Notes under the pieces: model-generated
Told to the model about the DNA's origin: nothing
What the model saw: the letters and a program-made list of their open reading frames with translations, nothing else
The model's database searches: none
Position numbers and translations under genes: made by a program
Part shown: one piece after another, positions 19,604 through 29,063 of the stretch
Layout: each line of letters begins with the position of its first letter
How positions within the stretch are numbered: the stretch's first letter is position 1
Assembly: GCA_037446635.1 (NCBI GenBank)
Contig: JBBIIG010000002.1
Coordinates: forward strand, 64,001 to 128,000
DNA: 64,000 nucleotides
Direction of reading: 5' to 3'
Source of the DNA: a bacterium
Lineage (GTDB): Bacteria; Zhuqueibacterota; Zhuqueibacteria; Oceanimicrobiales; Oceanimicrobiaceae

Positions 19604-21280
19604 TCAATTGTTCAAAAACAATTGCAGATGCGAGCGGCGCTCTTTGTTGGGGTGAAATTGGTGGCAAGTGACGCAGCGATTTGAAATTTTGTTTGCGGAG
19701 TGGCAGCTTTGACACGCGCGAATGGTTGGAATATTTTGCGTCGCCGCGCGATCGGCTTTGAAGGTTTTGGGCAGCGCCTGCTCGAACTCGCTGAAGCGCT
19801 CCACGGAAAACCGCAGTTGGTTTTCGTTCATGGGAATTGCGGAGTGACATTCGGTGCAGCGCTTGTTCAAAATGTGGGCGCGGTGATTGAACTCCGCGCG
19901 AATGAGCACGTCTTGATCGGCCTGCACCCGCCGAATGCTGGCGTTTTCAACCACGTGACATTTCTGGCATTCCGGGCCGTCGGCGCGCGTGAGATCAAAC
20001 GCAAGCTGCCGCAGAGCCGCTCGCTGGTTTTCCGTCAAACTGGTGTTTGATTTTGCAGATGAAAAATCAAATGGCGCGGCCGTCCGGCGCGGCGACGGCG
20101 TGTCGAGTCTCTGTTTCGCCAGGTTGAGCAGCGCGTTGATTTTGTTGATCTCTCCCTTCAGTTCGCTGCGGTTCTGCAACTCGTTTGCATAAACCCGCAG
20201 CGCGCCGATGGCCTCGCTGTAAAGCGAATCCACTCGCTGCGGCGAAACCGGCCCGGCGGAATTCAGCAAATCGAACAACCCGTCCGCCGGGTAAAGTGTT
20301 TTGCGGATGCGTTTCAAATTTTCTAAAATCCACGGGTCTTTGTGAATCACCGGATTTTTCGACACCTCGCCATCTTCAGCGCGGACAAGATTGGGATTGG
20401 CGGCAAAGGTCCACGCGAGGCCCGGGCCGCCGCGCTGCTGCATCTGCCGGATGGTTTCCGCGCCCGCAGCGTTTGGATTGGCCGGATCGAACTTCGGCAA
20501 GCCCTGCACCACGGCGTCGGCTTTCAGATGACACTGGGCGCAGTGCTTGTCAAAATTAATGTCCTTGAAATTTTTGCCGTCGGGCTCCGGATTGTGGCAG
20601 TAGAGGCAAGCGGCTTCATAAAAATGGACGAAATCCATGGTTTCCGCTTTCAAGGTTTTGAACAGCGGCTCGATTTGTTCCATGCCCTTCATTTGCTGGA
20701 GGACGAATACTGTGTGACGAAGATGGGTCATCTTCAACGTCGAGTCGTCCGGAGATTGCACGCGCGCAAATTCAAACTCCGGATGTTTTTTGTTGAACGA
20801 GCCGTAGGGGTGGCAACTCAAACATTTTGCGTCCGCAACGTCCGTGATGAGGGCGTCGCGGCCGCGATGCTCGAGGTGGCACGATCGACACGGCAGTTCG
20901 CGCGCGTAATATTTCTGCAACGTGTCGTGAGAGATGCGTCGAAAATCGTTCGAGCGATACAAATAGTGAGAGGAAAAGTTGTAAATCATCAGCTCACTGG
21001 TTTTTTCATGGCAACTACTGCAAAGGGCATCCGCCGCCGAGTTGCCGGGCTGGTGGCAGGCGGCGCAGTCGGTTTCAAAATTCGCGTGGTTGGAGGAAAT
21101 CGCTCCGGTGGAAATGAAATGGCTTTTTTGGAAAATGGTGTCGAACGAAAAATAAAGCAGAATGGCCGCGCCAATTCCGCTGCCAAAGAGCACCATCGTC
21201 CGCCGCGAGGCTGGCAGAAGATAGCCGGCGCTCACCGGCAGATTGATTGGGGCGAAGGTCTTTTTTCGTTTGGGTTTCAA
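19604..21280 (-). CDS. Membrane-anchored decaheme c-type cytochrome (cytochrome c3-like repeats)
   Basis: 10 CXXCH: CAACH, CSSCH, CRSCH, CLSCH, CLYCH, CAQCH, CQKCH, CTECH, CQSCH, CVTCH; single N-terminal hydrophobic segment; TTG start uncertain. Confidence 0.9.
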   Translation of the reverse strand: MKPKRKKTFAPINLPVSAGYLLPASRRTMVLFGSGIGAAILLYFSFDTIFQKSHFISTGAISSNHANFETDCAACHQPGNSAADALCSSCHEKTSELMIYNFSSHYLYRSNDFRRISHDTLQKYYARELPCRSCHLEHRGRDALITDVADAKCLSCHPYGSFNKKHPEFEFARVQSPDDSTLKMTHLRHTVFVLQQMKGMEQIEPLFKTLKAETMDFVHFYEAACLYCHNPEPDGKNFKDINFDKHCAQCHLKADAVVQGLPKFDPANPNAAGAETIRQMQQRGGPGLAWTFAANPNLVRAEDGEVSKNPVIHKDPWILENLKRIRKTLYPADGLFDLLNSAGPVSPQRVDSLYSEAIGALRVYANELQNRSELKGEINKINALLNLAKQRLDTPSPRRTAAPFDFSSAKSNTSLTENQRAALRQLAFDLTRADGPECQKCHVVENASIRRVQADQDVLIRAEFNHRAHILNKRCTECHSAIPMNENQLRFSVERFSEFEQALPKTFKADRAATQNIPTIRACQSCHSANKISNRCVTCHQFHPNKERRSHLQLFLNN

Positions 21281-21308
21281 GATAAATTGAGTTTAATCTT
21301 ATTTACGG

Positions 21309-21341
21309 ACTTGCCAGGCACCTTTGAGGTGCCTGGCAAGT
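21309..21341. repeat. Perfect 15-bp-stem intergenic hairpin ACTTGCCAGGCACCT-TTG-AGGTGCCTGGCAAGT
   Basis: Read directly. Confidence 0.85.
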
Positions 21342-21362
21342 TTCAAAGCTGAGGGCTGATCG

Positions 21363-23843
21363 CTAATAATAAAACGCCGCAAACAAATGAATCGCCACCA
21401 GCACCAGCAAAACAATCGCAGGCGGCAGATGCAAATAGAGCCAAAGCTTCAGAGCTTTCTGCAAAGTGTAGTGCGCGTCGATTTCCAGTTTTGATTTATA
21501 CATCGCCTCCAACTCAATCAACTTTTCGCGTTCGATGCTCGACAGCAGCGTCTTCAAAAAATCGAATTGCCGCAGCCGGCGCTGGATGCCGCCGGTGATG
21601 TCAAAAAAATAAATAAAACGGATTTTAGGCGCTCGTAGGACTGGCGCAATTGTTTTGCGATAGAAGTCCCGGACCGGCGGCGAACCGTTTTCCACCAGCT
21701 TCTCCGCATTTTTGCGGATGGCCTCGATCAATTCCGGAATCCGCTCATAAACCACTTCAATCGAAAGCGCCGAGGCGAGAATCCGCGGCAGCCATTTCTG
21801 CAAAGCCACTCCCACAATTCCGCTGATCGTAACCCACACCGATAACATCCACAGCCACCAAAACAACGCGCCGTTCGGCAAACTGAAGCCGCTGTGCATG
21901 AACACCAGCAGCAGAAACAGCGCGCCGCCGTAAACGTGAAATTGCAGCCAGGTCTTTGCCCGCCCCCATTTTTGCCGGGAAGCGGCCCGCACGTTTCGCC
22001 GGCGAACGCCGTAAAACGCGGCGCCGAGCATCAGCGCGGCGGCGGCGGCGCCGTAACTCAATCCCCAGATGTTCCCGGCATCGAATTCCGAGACGAGGGC
22101 ATTGATTAAATAAACCAGCAGGCAGATGGCGCTGGCCGCTAAAAACGCCGCTGCCCAGTTTGGAGATTGTACCAGCTTTGCCAGTTTAAAATGGTTGCTG
22201 TTTTTGCGGCGCTCGCTGCGAGACACCAGTTGCGCAAATTTGTCCATGCTCGGCACGCGCACCGCGCAGCCGTGCGGGCAGTTGCTCACACACGCCGGCG
22301 GGTGCCCGGTGTTGAAGCACAAATCACACTTCGTCGCAATTTGGGTGATCTCGTTGCGCGCCTTTTTGACGGCGGCGTGCGGGCCTAACAGCGTCTCCGT
22401 TTTCACCATGGTGATGGCGTTATACGGACATTTGTGGTAGCACGCCTGGCAGCCGATGCACAGCTCGGCGTCGATCTCCACCACGTCGCCCACGCCGGCG
22501 CGGCGAATGGCGCCGGTGGGGCAGCCGATCAAACACACCGGATCCTGGCAGTGGTAGCAAGCGCGGGTGATGAGAAAATTTTGATATTTCTCCCCCTCGC
22601 GCACGAACCGCGGCAAGCCGCCGTGGGTGTCGGCGCAGCCGCGCACACAGTCGTCGCAGCGGGTGCAGGTGTCGAGATCGATCACCAGCACGCTGTTGCC
22701 CTCGACCAATCCAGTTTCCAACGCCGTGCTCAAAAATTCTGACTCGGCGACATTGCGTTTACTGTAGCCGGCTTCCTTAACCCGCTGCGCCGACGATTCC
22801 CATAACGACTTCTGAATGTGAGGATACTGAGCCAGCAGCATCTCGAAATCAACGTGGGCAATTCGCACCAATTCCGTATTCTCCACCGAGAGGGCGGTGT
22901 AAAGCCAGTCGGTGTGATGTAACAGAAATTCGATCTCGCCCAGCACCATGCCTTTCGAAAGATAATTGACCACCAGTTCGCCGGCGCCGAATTTCTGCGA
23001 CAGTTTCACAAAACCGGACCGCACCAAATAGACAGCATCCGCCCAGACGCCCTCCTGCGCGATCACCTCGTTGCGCCGAAACGATTGCAGCTCAACCTTC
23101 TTTTTGAATTCTTCAATAAACTGATCCGAGCAGCCCTGCAACAGCGGCGTGTTTTTGAGCTGCGCCGCCAGCGAGCGCTCCACGTAAATTTGATTGAGCC
23201 GCTTTTTGAGCGCCGGCGACTTCCGTTTCATGGCCTCCAGCGCCGGCGTTCTGATTTGGATTAAAATGCACTCGCTGGCGGTTTTGGCGGTGACCGATTG
23301 CGGCCAGCCGACCGACGCGCCGGTCTCACCAAACATTTCGCCCGGGCCAAGCGACAACACACCGCCCCACGCGAGGTCAACATCCATCGAAGAAAGGAGG
23401 GTCACTTTGCGGGTCTTTTTGATCTGCGTGATCTGCGTTTGGAGAACCGTTGGACTCAGCCGCTCGAATTTGCCGTTGCCATTCGACGAAACCGGGCTGT
23501 AGATTTTCGAGCGCTCTTTATCGAAGATGGGCTTCGACAACAAATTCTGCTGTTTCTGAACGCAAATCTCCACCTGCCCTTTCACCACAAAAAAGGCGAG
23601 ATCGATGTACGAGCCCTCTTCGAACAAAACTTTCTGCTTATCCCAAACCGCGACGCAAATATCCGGGCTGATTTTTTCGAGAAACTCTAAATCGTAATCT
23701 CGAAAAATATCAAACTGCTTGAGCTTGACTGCCGGCAGACGGCTGTAGATTTTGCGGATGCCGGTCTGTTTACCGAACACCGTCCAGCGGTCCTGAAATT
23801 GTTCTTCACGCCGGGGGACACTCCGGCTCCGAACCTGATTCAT
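21363..23843 (-). CDS. Fusion protein: two cyclic-nucleotide-binding domains, a DmsB/NrfC-like 4x[4Fe-4S] ferredoxin and a His-containing multi-TM domain
   Basis: cNMP motifs LFEEGSYIDLAFFVVKGQV..GEMFGE and IAQEG..VYLVRSGFV..GMVLGE; Cys sets CTRCDDCVRGC, CYHCQDPVCLIGCP, CIGCQACYHKCP, CDLC...CVSNCP; TM His in WLQFH, FMHSG, WLYLH, AIHL; start set by ATGA overlap. Confidence 0.88.
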   Translation of the reverse strand: MNQVRSRSVPRREEQFQDRWTVFGKQTGIRKIYSRLPAVKLKQFDIFRDYDLEFLEKISPDICVAVWDKQKVLFEEGSYIDLAFFVVKGQVEICVQKQQNLLSKPIFDKERSKIYSPVSSNGNGKFERLSPTVLQTQITQIKKTRKVTLLSSMDVDLAWGGVLSLGPGEMFGETGASVGWPQSVTAKTASECILIQIRTPALEAMKRKSPALKKRLNQIYVERSLAAQLKNTPLLQGCSDQFIEEFKKKVELQSFRRNEVIAQEGVWADAVYLVRSGFVKLSQKFGAGELVVNYLSKGMVLGEIEFLLHHTDWLYTALSVENTELVRIAHVDFEMLLAQYPHIQKSLWESSAQRVKEAGYSKRNVAESEFLSTALETGLVEGNSVLVIDLDTCTRCDDCVRGCADTHGGLPRFVREGEKYQNFLITRACYHCQDPVCLIGCPTGAIRRAGVGDVVEIDAELCIGCQACYHKCPYNAITMVKTETLLGPHAAVKKARNEITQIATKCDLCFNTGHPPACVSNCPHGCAVRVPSMDKFAQLVSRSERRKNSNHFKLAKLVQSPNWAAAFLAASAICLLVYLINALVSEFDAGNIWGLSYGAAAAALMLGAAFYGVRRRNVRAASRQKWGRAKTWLQFHVYGGALFLLLVFMHSGFSLPNGALFWWLWMLSVWVTISGIVGVALQKWLPRILASALSIEVVYERIPELIEAIRKNAEKLVENGSPPVRDFYRKTIAPVLRAPKIRFIYFFDITGGIQRRLRQFDFLKTLLSSIEREKLIELEAMYKSKLEIDAHYTLQKALKLWLYLHLPPAIVLLVLVAIHLFAAFYY

Positions 23844-24994
23844 CGTTGATTGATCTGCTGGTGAATGTATTCGATGTAGTTTTTGATTTCTAACAAAATG
23901 GAATCGAGCGGCGCGTTTTGAGATTTTAGCTCGAACGGTTTGACTGTGATCGTCCTGTTCGGATTCAGCCACGGCGGCAAGCTCGGATCGACGTAAACAA
24001 ACACCGTGTCGGTTGCGCCGGCAAGCATGTCCGCGCCTTCGGGAAGCGCCGCTAATTTGACAGTGAATTCCGGAATCGGCTTGGCTTGCAGCGCGCGCTG
24101 GTACGGCGCTTCCGAGAGATCTTCGCTGCGAAGCTGGTAGTCCCAGTGTTTGGAAATGTTGTTGCGAATGCCTTTGATGTAGTCGAATCCTTCGCCGGTT
24201 GGGTGATCCGCTTCCAACAATTTCTTCTCGTTGATTTGATGGCAGTCCACGCAGGTTTTCGCGCGCGTGTTGATGTTGCGCAATTCCCGCAAACCCACCC
24301 GCAGCGCTTTTTGATAACCCGTGCGCTCGGTGCTGAGCGGATCACTCGGCGGCGTGCCTTCCTGATGAACTTCAAAATAGCCGACGCCTTTCGGCCCGGC
24401 CGCGCCGTGGCAACTCTCGCAGCTCACGCCGGTGTTGAGATTGTTGGCTTCGCGTCCGCTCACCACTTCGCCGTGGCAACTGGCGCAAGGTGAATTCGCT
24501 TTTAAATAATCCGCCGGATCCAGCCCATAGCCCTGTGCAATGCGCATCGACTTCTGCTTTTTGCGTTTCAAATTCGCCACCGAGCTAAAATGCGGATCCG
24601 CTTTCCACCAGTTGCCATCGGACTGATGGCACGTGCCGCGCTCGGTGCCGCAGGAGCGGTAGCCCAACGTTTGATATTTTTTCTGCTGGGCATCGCTGGG
24701 GCGAATCGCCGGCAAGATAAATATCCCCGAGAGCAAAACTGCGCCGGCAAGCAATGCTCGAAAAAAGCCTATCGGTGATTTAACGTTCCTCCCCCATTTT
24801 TGCTTTTTGAAAATGGGGGAGGTTAGGAGGGGGTCGACCCCCTCCCGGCCTCCCCCAAATTCCGTTCTGTGGAATTTGGGGGAGGGGAATTCTGTCCCAA
24901 AGCGCCTAGACAAACCAGTGGAGAAATTGCAGAGAAAACCTTTGCGTATCCTTTGCGGTTCTACATCTCCGCGTGAGTGGTTTTGCTTTTTCAT
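23840..24994 (-). CDS. Secreted cytochrome c554/c552-like multiheme protein (3 CXXCH plus 1 CX6CH)
   Basis: CASCH, GVSCESCHG, CVDCH and CGTERGTCH; signal h-region ALLAGAVLLSGIFILPA..SDA; start set by ATGA overlap. Confidence 0.85.
   Translation of the reverse strand: MKKQNHSRGDVEPQRIRKGFLCNFSTGLSRRFGTEFPSPKFHRTEFGGGREGVDPLLTSPIFKKQKWGRNVKSPIGFFRALLAGAVLLSGIFILPAIRPSDAQQKKYQTLGYRSCGTERGTCHQSDGNWWKADPHFSSVANLKRKKQKSMRIAQGYGLDPADYLKANSPCASCHGEVVSGREANNLNTGVSCESCHGAAGPKGVGYFEVHQEGTPPSDPLSTERTGYQKALRVGLRELRNINTRAKTCVDCHQINEKKLLEADHPTGEGFDYIKGIRNNISKHWDYQLRSEDLSEAPYQRALQAKPIPEFTVKLAALPEGADMLAGATDTVFVYVDPSLPPWLNPNRTITVKPFELKSQNAPLDSILLEIKNYIEYIHQQINQR
24782..24892. repeat. ~111-bp double-hairpin element inside the c554-like gene leader; inverted copy at 28855-28966
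   Basis: CCTCCCCCATTTT..AAAATGGGGGAGG and CCTCCCCCAAATTCC..GGAATTTGGGGGAGG hairpins; the two copies align end to end. Confidence 0.9.
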
Positions 24995-27900
24995 CTCTTC
25001 GAGAAATCTTTCTTCACAAACTGTTTCCAACCATCATCGGAGACGGTGTAGAACTCGCCGGCTTCGTTGATGTAAAATGCCCGCTGCTCATCGAGGGTGA
25101 ACGGCCGCGAGCCGATTCTCCCGAAAATGCTGACTTGATTGCCGCTCTCATCCACGGCGCGATCGCGGTCGAGGCCTTTGGAAATCGCCAGTGCCGGGCC
25201 GCGCGTTTTGTGAGTCGCGATCAGCAGCGGCTGCGGCGTGGGGCTGAATCCCAAGTGTCCGGGCGTCAGCGGCGATGTGAGTTGAATCACACGCAAACCG
25301 TTTTTGCCATCGGCGACATACGCAAACAGGCTGGCGTTGGTGGAAGCGACTTTCACGCCGCGGGCATCGTTGATTTTGCCGTTGGCGGTGAACGTCTGCG
25401 CGATGAAAATCGAGTCCGGCTTTTCGATATCAATCATCACCAGCCCCTGTTGGCCGGCCGCGACGTAGGCGTAAGTGCGGGCGCAGTAAATGTCCATCGC
25501 CTGCGACAGCGGTACAAAACTGTTGCGGACGATTTGCGGCGACTCCGGATTGGTGACGTCAATCACCTTCACGCCCTCCTCATCGCACACAAAGGCGTAG
25601 CGAAACTGAATGGCGATGCTGCGCGGCTCCTTTAAATCCGGAGGCGCAATCGTACTCACTACCTCCGGCTTGAGCGGATCATCAATGCTCACGATCACCA
25701 AACCTTTTTGGCAAAGAACATAAACGTAATTTCCCGCGATGGCCAAATTGCGTGCGCCATTTAGCACGCCATCGGGATTGAACATGACGTCCCGTTTCAA
25801 AAAATTGTTGGTGGGATCGCCGTCCGCCAGTGTCATCACGTCAACCAAAATCAGGCCCTCATAGTGATCCGTGATGTATGCGTAGCTGTACAGCGGATGC
25901 AGCGGTTTTTCCTGATTGTCGGGATTCTCCACGGCTGCTTTTCTTTTGGTGTCGATGGGCATGTTGGTGGGCAGCGCCACGGCGGTGGCAAATTTAGTTT
26001 TCACATGCGTATCCTGTCCGAACGGTGACACCGGCGCGGAGACGATGCGCTGCGAAAAAGCTTTGTTGTCGATGTTCGCCACGTCGAACACGCGGAAACC
26101 ATCCCGACCGTTGGCGGTGTAGAGATACTCGCCGCGCAGTTGCAGGCTGCGAATGTAATCGCCGCCGTGATGATGTGCGGTCTGCAGTTCCTGCTTGTTC
26201 GCGAGATGCTTTTTGAAATTGTCCGGATACGCCAGCTTTTGCAAATAGCTGCCGATCACCGCCTGCGGCTCGCCATCCTCAGTGACGGCAACCGCTGTTA
26301 AGCCATCCTTTCCCTCGGCGACGTAAACATACTTGCCCATGAAATTGACGAAGTTGGTGCCCTGCAACAGCACCTGCGCCATCCACGCGTTGTTGTCGTT
26401 GTTACTCGAAATGTGACAGTCCGTGCAGGCGCGCGTTTCCGCTTTGCGCACCGTATGGGCAAAATGCGGGTTGAACGCCTGACTGCTGTAGCCCGGCGCG
26501 GAAATCGGCGGCTGCTGCAAATAGATCTGCTCGCGGTTGGCGTTCTTCGAACTCAAGACCAGCGCGCTGCTGGAGCGCGCCGTGGTGATCTTGTTGCCCT
26601 TCGTCGTGCCATTGATGCACAGCATGAAGCCGTCGTCGCGCACCACTTGCGGATTGTAAGTCGTCCAGTTGCGGCTCTCTGTGCCCTCGAAGTGGTTCAT
26701 CGATTTTTGCCAGTTGGCTTGCTGCGGCAGGTGGCAGCCAAAGCAGTTGGTGATCCACGAGGTGTGGCAGGACTGGCATTCCATTTTTTGCGAAGCGTGC
26801 GCCAGCCGCGCTTCGTCGATGCCATCGGCGGTTTGCATGTTGCCACCCTTCGCAATCAACTTGGCGGCATACGATTTTGGATTGTACCCGCGCGAGTTGG
26901 GATCGATGGAATCCCGCACCTGGCTGATTTCCCATTGCAACGTGTCGCTCATCATCGAGCGCTGAATACGTTTGTCGCCGATGATTTCGAAACGGGCGTC
27001 GCGAAACGGCGTTTGTAGCAGCGTGAGATCGGTGCCGCCGTCCGGCGCCGCGACGCCGGAGGTTTTGAAAGTCGCGTACTCGCTGACCGTGCCGTGGCAA
27101 TCGACGCACTGAATTTCGATGGCATTGTGAAATTCGCCGTAAAGTTTGCCGTTGCCGTGTACGTCGCGCTCGAAGTGGCAATCCACGCAGTGCATGCCTT
27201 TTTCGAGATGGATATCCTTCAGATGCACGGCTTTCTGCGCAGTTCGACAAGCATCGTCGCAAAATCCGTCGTCGCCAAAGAGTGGCACCACGCCGTGAAA
27301 TTTGTGTTCGGAATTTTCCGGGATGATGTTATCGTTTTTGTCCAGCAAATTTCCCTTGCGATCTTTTTTGAACACAGCGCGGAAAATCCAGCCGTGGCCG
27401 TGATAATCGGAGAATTGCGTGTCCTGCAATTTCGGATTCAGTTTACTAACATTGGCGAGGAAGCGGCGATCCGCCCATTTGCCGCGTAACACCGCTTCCT
27501 CTGGATTGCGCTCGAGCAGCGCGCGCTTTTCTGCGGAGGAAAACTCCTGTTGTTTTTCCGGATACAACGCCTGACCGTCGGTTTCGTAGTCCCACATTTG
27601 AAAGCCATAAAATGTGTTGAGAAACGCGTTGGGCTGGTGCATGTGACAAGTCATGCACTGGCTTGAAGGGATGCTGAGGGTGAATTGATGGCGAATCGGA
27701 TGGCCTTCCTGTTTCTTGGGAAGGGCTTTGTCGCCAGTGACCCCGTAGCCGGTGTTGCCGTATTTCGCGTAAGCCCCGGCGTGCAGCGGAGAACGATCGT
27801 TGGCGTAAATCACGTGACACGCGGTGCAGCCACTGGAACGATAATCGCCGGGCTGATCGTTCGTTCCCATGAATGACAGATGCGGATCGTTGAGCCGGGT

Positions 27901-29043
27901 TTTGTGAATATTAAGCACCGGCGAGCTGATGCGAAGCTGCGTGCCGAGACCGCGGTCGCCAACTTTCATATCCGGCCGGCCAGGATCTTCCAGCGCCGGC
28001 ACGCCGATGTTCGACGGATTAATGCGCGAAATTTTTCCGCCGCGCTCAAAGGTGCGGAACATGTCGGTCACCTGGCTGATCTCCCAGCGCGGCAGCGGCA
28101 CCACAAACGGCAGCACCCCTTTGTTTCTGATTTCATCAGCCGTCGGCGGCGGCACCGTGTTGATGCGCTGCGGCGTGCCGTCGCGGGCGTAGCTCTCGCC
28201 GAGTACATAGACTTTGTTGGAGACGATGCCGTTGTTGTACGCTGCGCCGCCGAACAGAAGCGTCGAAGTTGTCATCATACTTTTTTTGACGTTCAGCACT
28301 TCCTGCGGATGACACGAGCCGCAGGTTTCATCCGCAACCCGCAAGTCTCCCGGATTCACGAACTTGATGAACTCCGGCGTTTCATCATTGAGCACGGTAA
28401 ACGATCGTTTCGGATTCGCCGACGATTCCCAAACCTCCGCGTGCTTCGGTTTCACGTGCGCCTTGTCCTGCGTTTTCGCGAGCGGATTGGCGCCGTGGCA
28501 ATCGCTGCAGCCCAACTTCTCTGCTGGCGAGGCATGCATATTTTCGATGCCGCGATGGCAAGTCACGCAGCCTTGACTTTTGTTGACGACGTCCTCCACC
28601 GCCTGCCGCACCTGCCGCCGCCCTTTGGATTTGACATCATCCGCTTTTTCCTCTTTTGAAGAGGGGTCAGCGAGGATGTCAAGCTCTTCGAGAATGGGAG
28701 TTTCCTCTTTCGATTTAAGAGAGTCGGCCTCTTGGGCACATAAATGCCCAACGAGAAGAACCATTAGACTGAAGACTATCGAGCAGAGAGCTTTTTTGAG
28801 GAAACTTGCTTTTATATGGAGATGGCTTCGACTTAGTAGCCAAATCGCAAGCGCGAATTCTCCTCTCCCAAATTCCGCCATTTGGAATTTGGGGGAGGCC
28901 GGGAGGGGGTCGGCTCCCCACCTAACCTCCCTCATTTTTAAAAAGCAAAAATGGGGGAGGAACGTTTTGGAGTGCCTTGACTGCGTCAAGGCGGTGGCGA
29001 CACAGTCGCCGCACTCCAAAGCCTTTCCAAAATGTACTTTCAT
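24991..29043 (-). CDS. Large secreted decaheme cytochrome with a C-terminal LVIVD-repeat beta-propeller
   Basis: 10 CXXCH: CVTCH, CSDCH, CGSCH, CTACH, CMTCH, CVDCH x2, CQSCH, CFGCH, CTDCH; about 7 repeats of type YAYVAxGxxGLxxIDV; ATG 29043 after AAGGAAG (TTG 29067 is an alternative). Confidence 0.9.
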   Translation of the reverse strand: MKVHFGKALECGDCVATALTQSRHSKTFLPHFCFLKMREVRWGADPLPASPKFQMAEFGRGEFALAIWLLSRSHLHIKASFLKKALCSIVFSLMVLLVGHLCAQEADSLKSKEETPILEELDILADPSSKEEKADDVKSKGRRQVRQAVEDVVNKSQGCVTCHRGIENMHASPAEKLGCSDCHGANPLAKTQDKAHVKPKHAEVWESSANPKRSFTVLNDETPEFIKFVNPGDLRVADETCGSCHPQEVLNVKKSMMTTSTLLFGGAAYNNGIVSNKVYVLGESYARDGTPQRINTVPPPTADEIRNKGVLPFVVPLPRWEISQVTDMFRTFERGGKISRINPSNIGVPALEDPGRPDMKVGDRGLGTQLRISSPVLNIHKTRLNDPHLSFMGTNDQPGDYRSSGCTACHVIYANDRSPLHAGAYAKYGNTGYGVTGDKALPKKQEGHPIRHQFTLSIPSSQCMTCHMHQPNAFLNTFYGFQMWDYETDGQALYPEKQQEFSSAEKRALLERNPEEAVLRGKWADRRFLANVSKLNPKLQDTQFSDYHGHGWIFRAVFKKDRKGNLLDKNDNIIPENSEHKFHGVVPLFGDDGFCDDACRTAQKAVHLKDIHLEKGMHCVDCHFERDVHGNGKLYGEFHNAIEIQCVDCHGTVSEYATFKTSGVAAPDGGTDLTLLQTPFRDARFEIIGDKRIQRSMMSDTLQWEISQVRDSIDPNSRGYNPKSYAAKLIAKGGNMQTADGIDEARLAHASQKMECQSCHTSWITNCFGCHLPQQANWQKSMNHFEGTESRNWTTYNPQVVRDDGFMLCINGTTKGNKITTARSSSALVLSSKNANREQIYLQQPPISAPGYSSQAFNPHFAHTVRKAETRACTDCHISSNNDNNAWMAQVLLQGTNFVNFMGKYVYVAEGKDGLTAVAVTEDGEPQAVIGSYLQKLAYPDNFKKHLANKQELQTAHHHGGDYIRSLQLRGEYLYTANGRDGFRVFDVANIDNKAFSQRIVSAPVSPFGQDTHVKTKFATAVALPTNMPIDTKRKAAVENPDNQEKPLHPLYSYAYITDHYEGLILVDVMTLADGDPTNNFLKRDVMFNPDGVLNGARNLAIAGNYVYVLCQKGLVIVSIDDPLKPEVVSTIAPPDLKEPRSIAIQFRYAFVCDEEGVKVIDVTNPESPQIVRNSFVPLSQAMDIYCARTYAYVAAGQQGLVMIDIEKPDSIFIAQTFTANGKINDARGVKVASTNASLFAYVADGKNGLRVIQLTSPLTPGHLGFSPTPQPLLIATHKTRGPALAISKGLDRDRAVDESGNQVSIFGRIGSRPFTLDEQRAFYINEAGEFYTVSDDGWKQFVKKDFSKR
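28855..28966. repeat. Inverted copy of the 24782-24892 element inside the decaheme gene leader
   Basis: Reverse-complement alignment. Confidence 0.9.
28966..29020. repeat. REP-like element TTTGGAGTGC...GCACTCCAAA with two internal mini-hairpins, within the decaheme leader
   Basis: Read directly. Confidence 0.8.
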
Positions 29044-29063
29044 CACTTCCTTACGTTTGATTT

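Noticed and set aside
23844..23972. Upstream-extended starts in the ORF track (e.g. 23972, 25030, 4138, 34540, 38789, 43619, 53060, 61002)
   Set aside because: Downstream ATGs with an RBS, ATGA coupling or family-typical N-termini are better supported.
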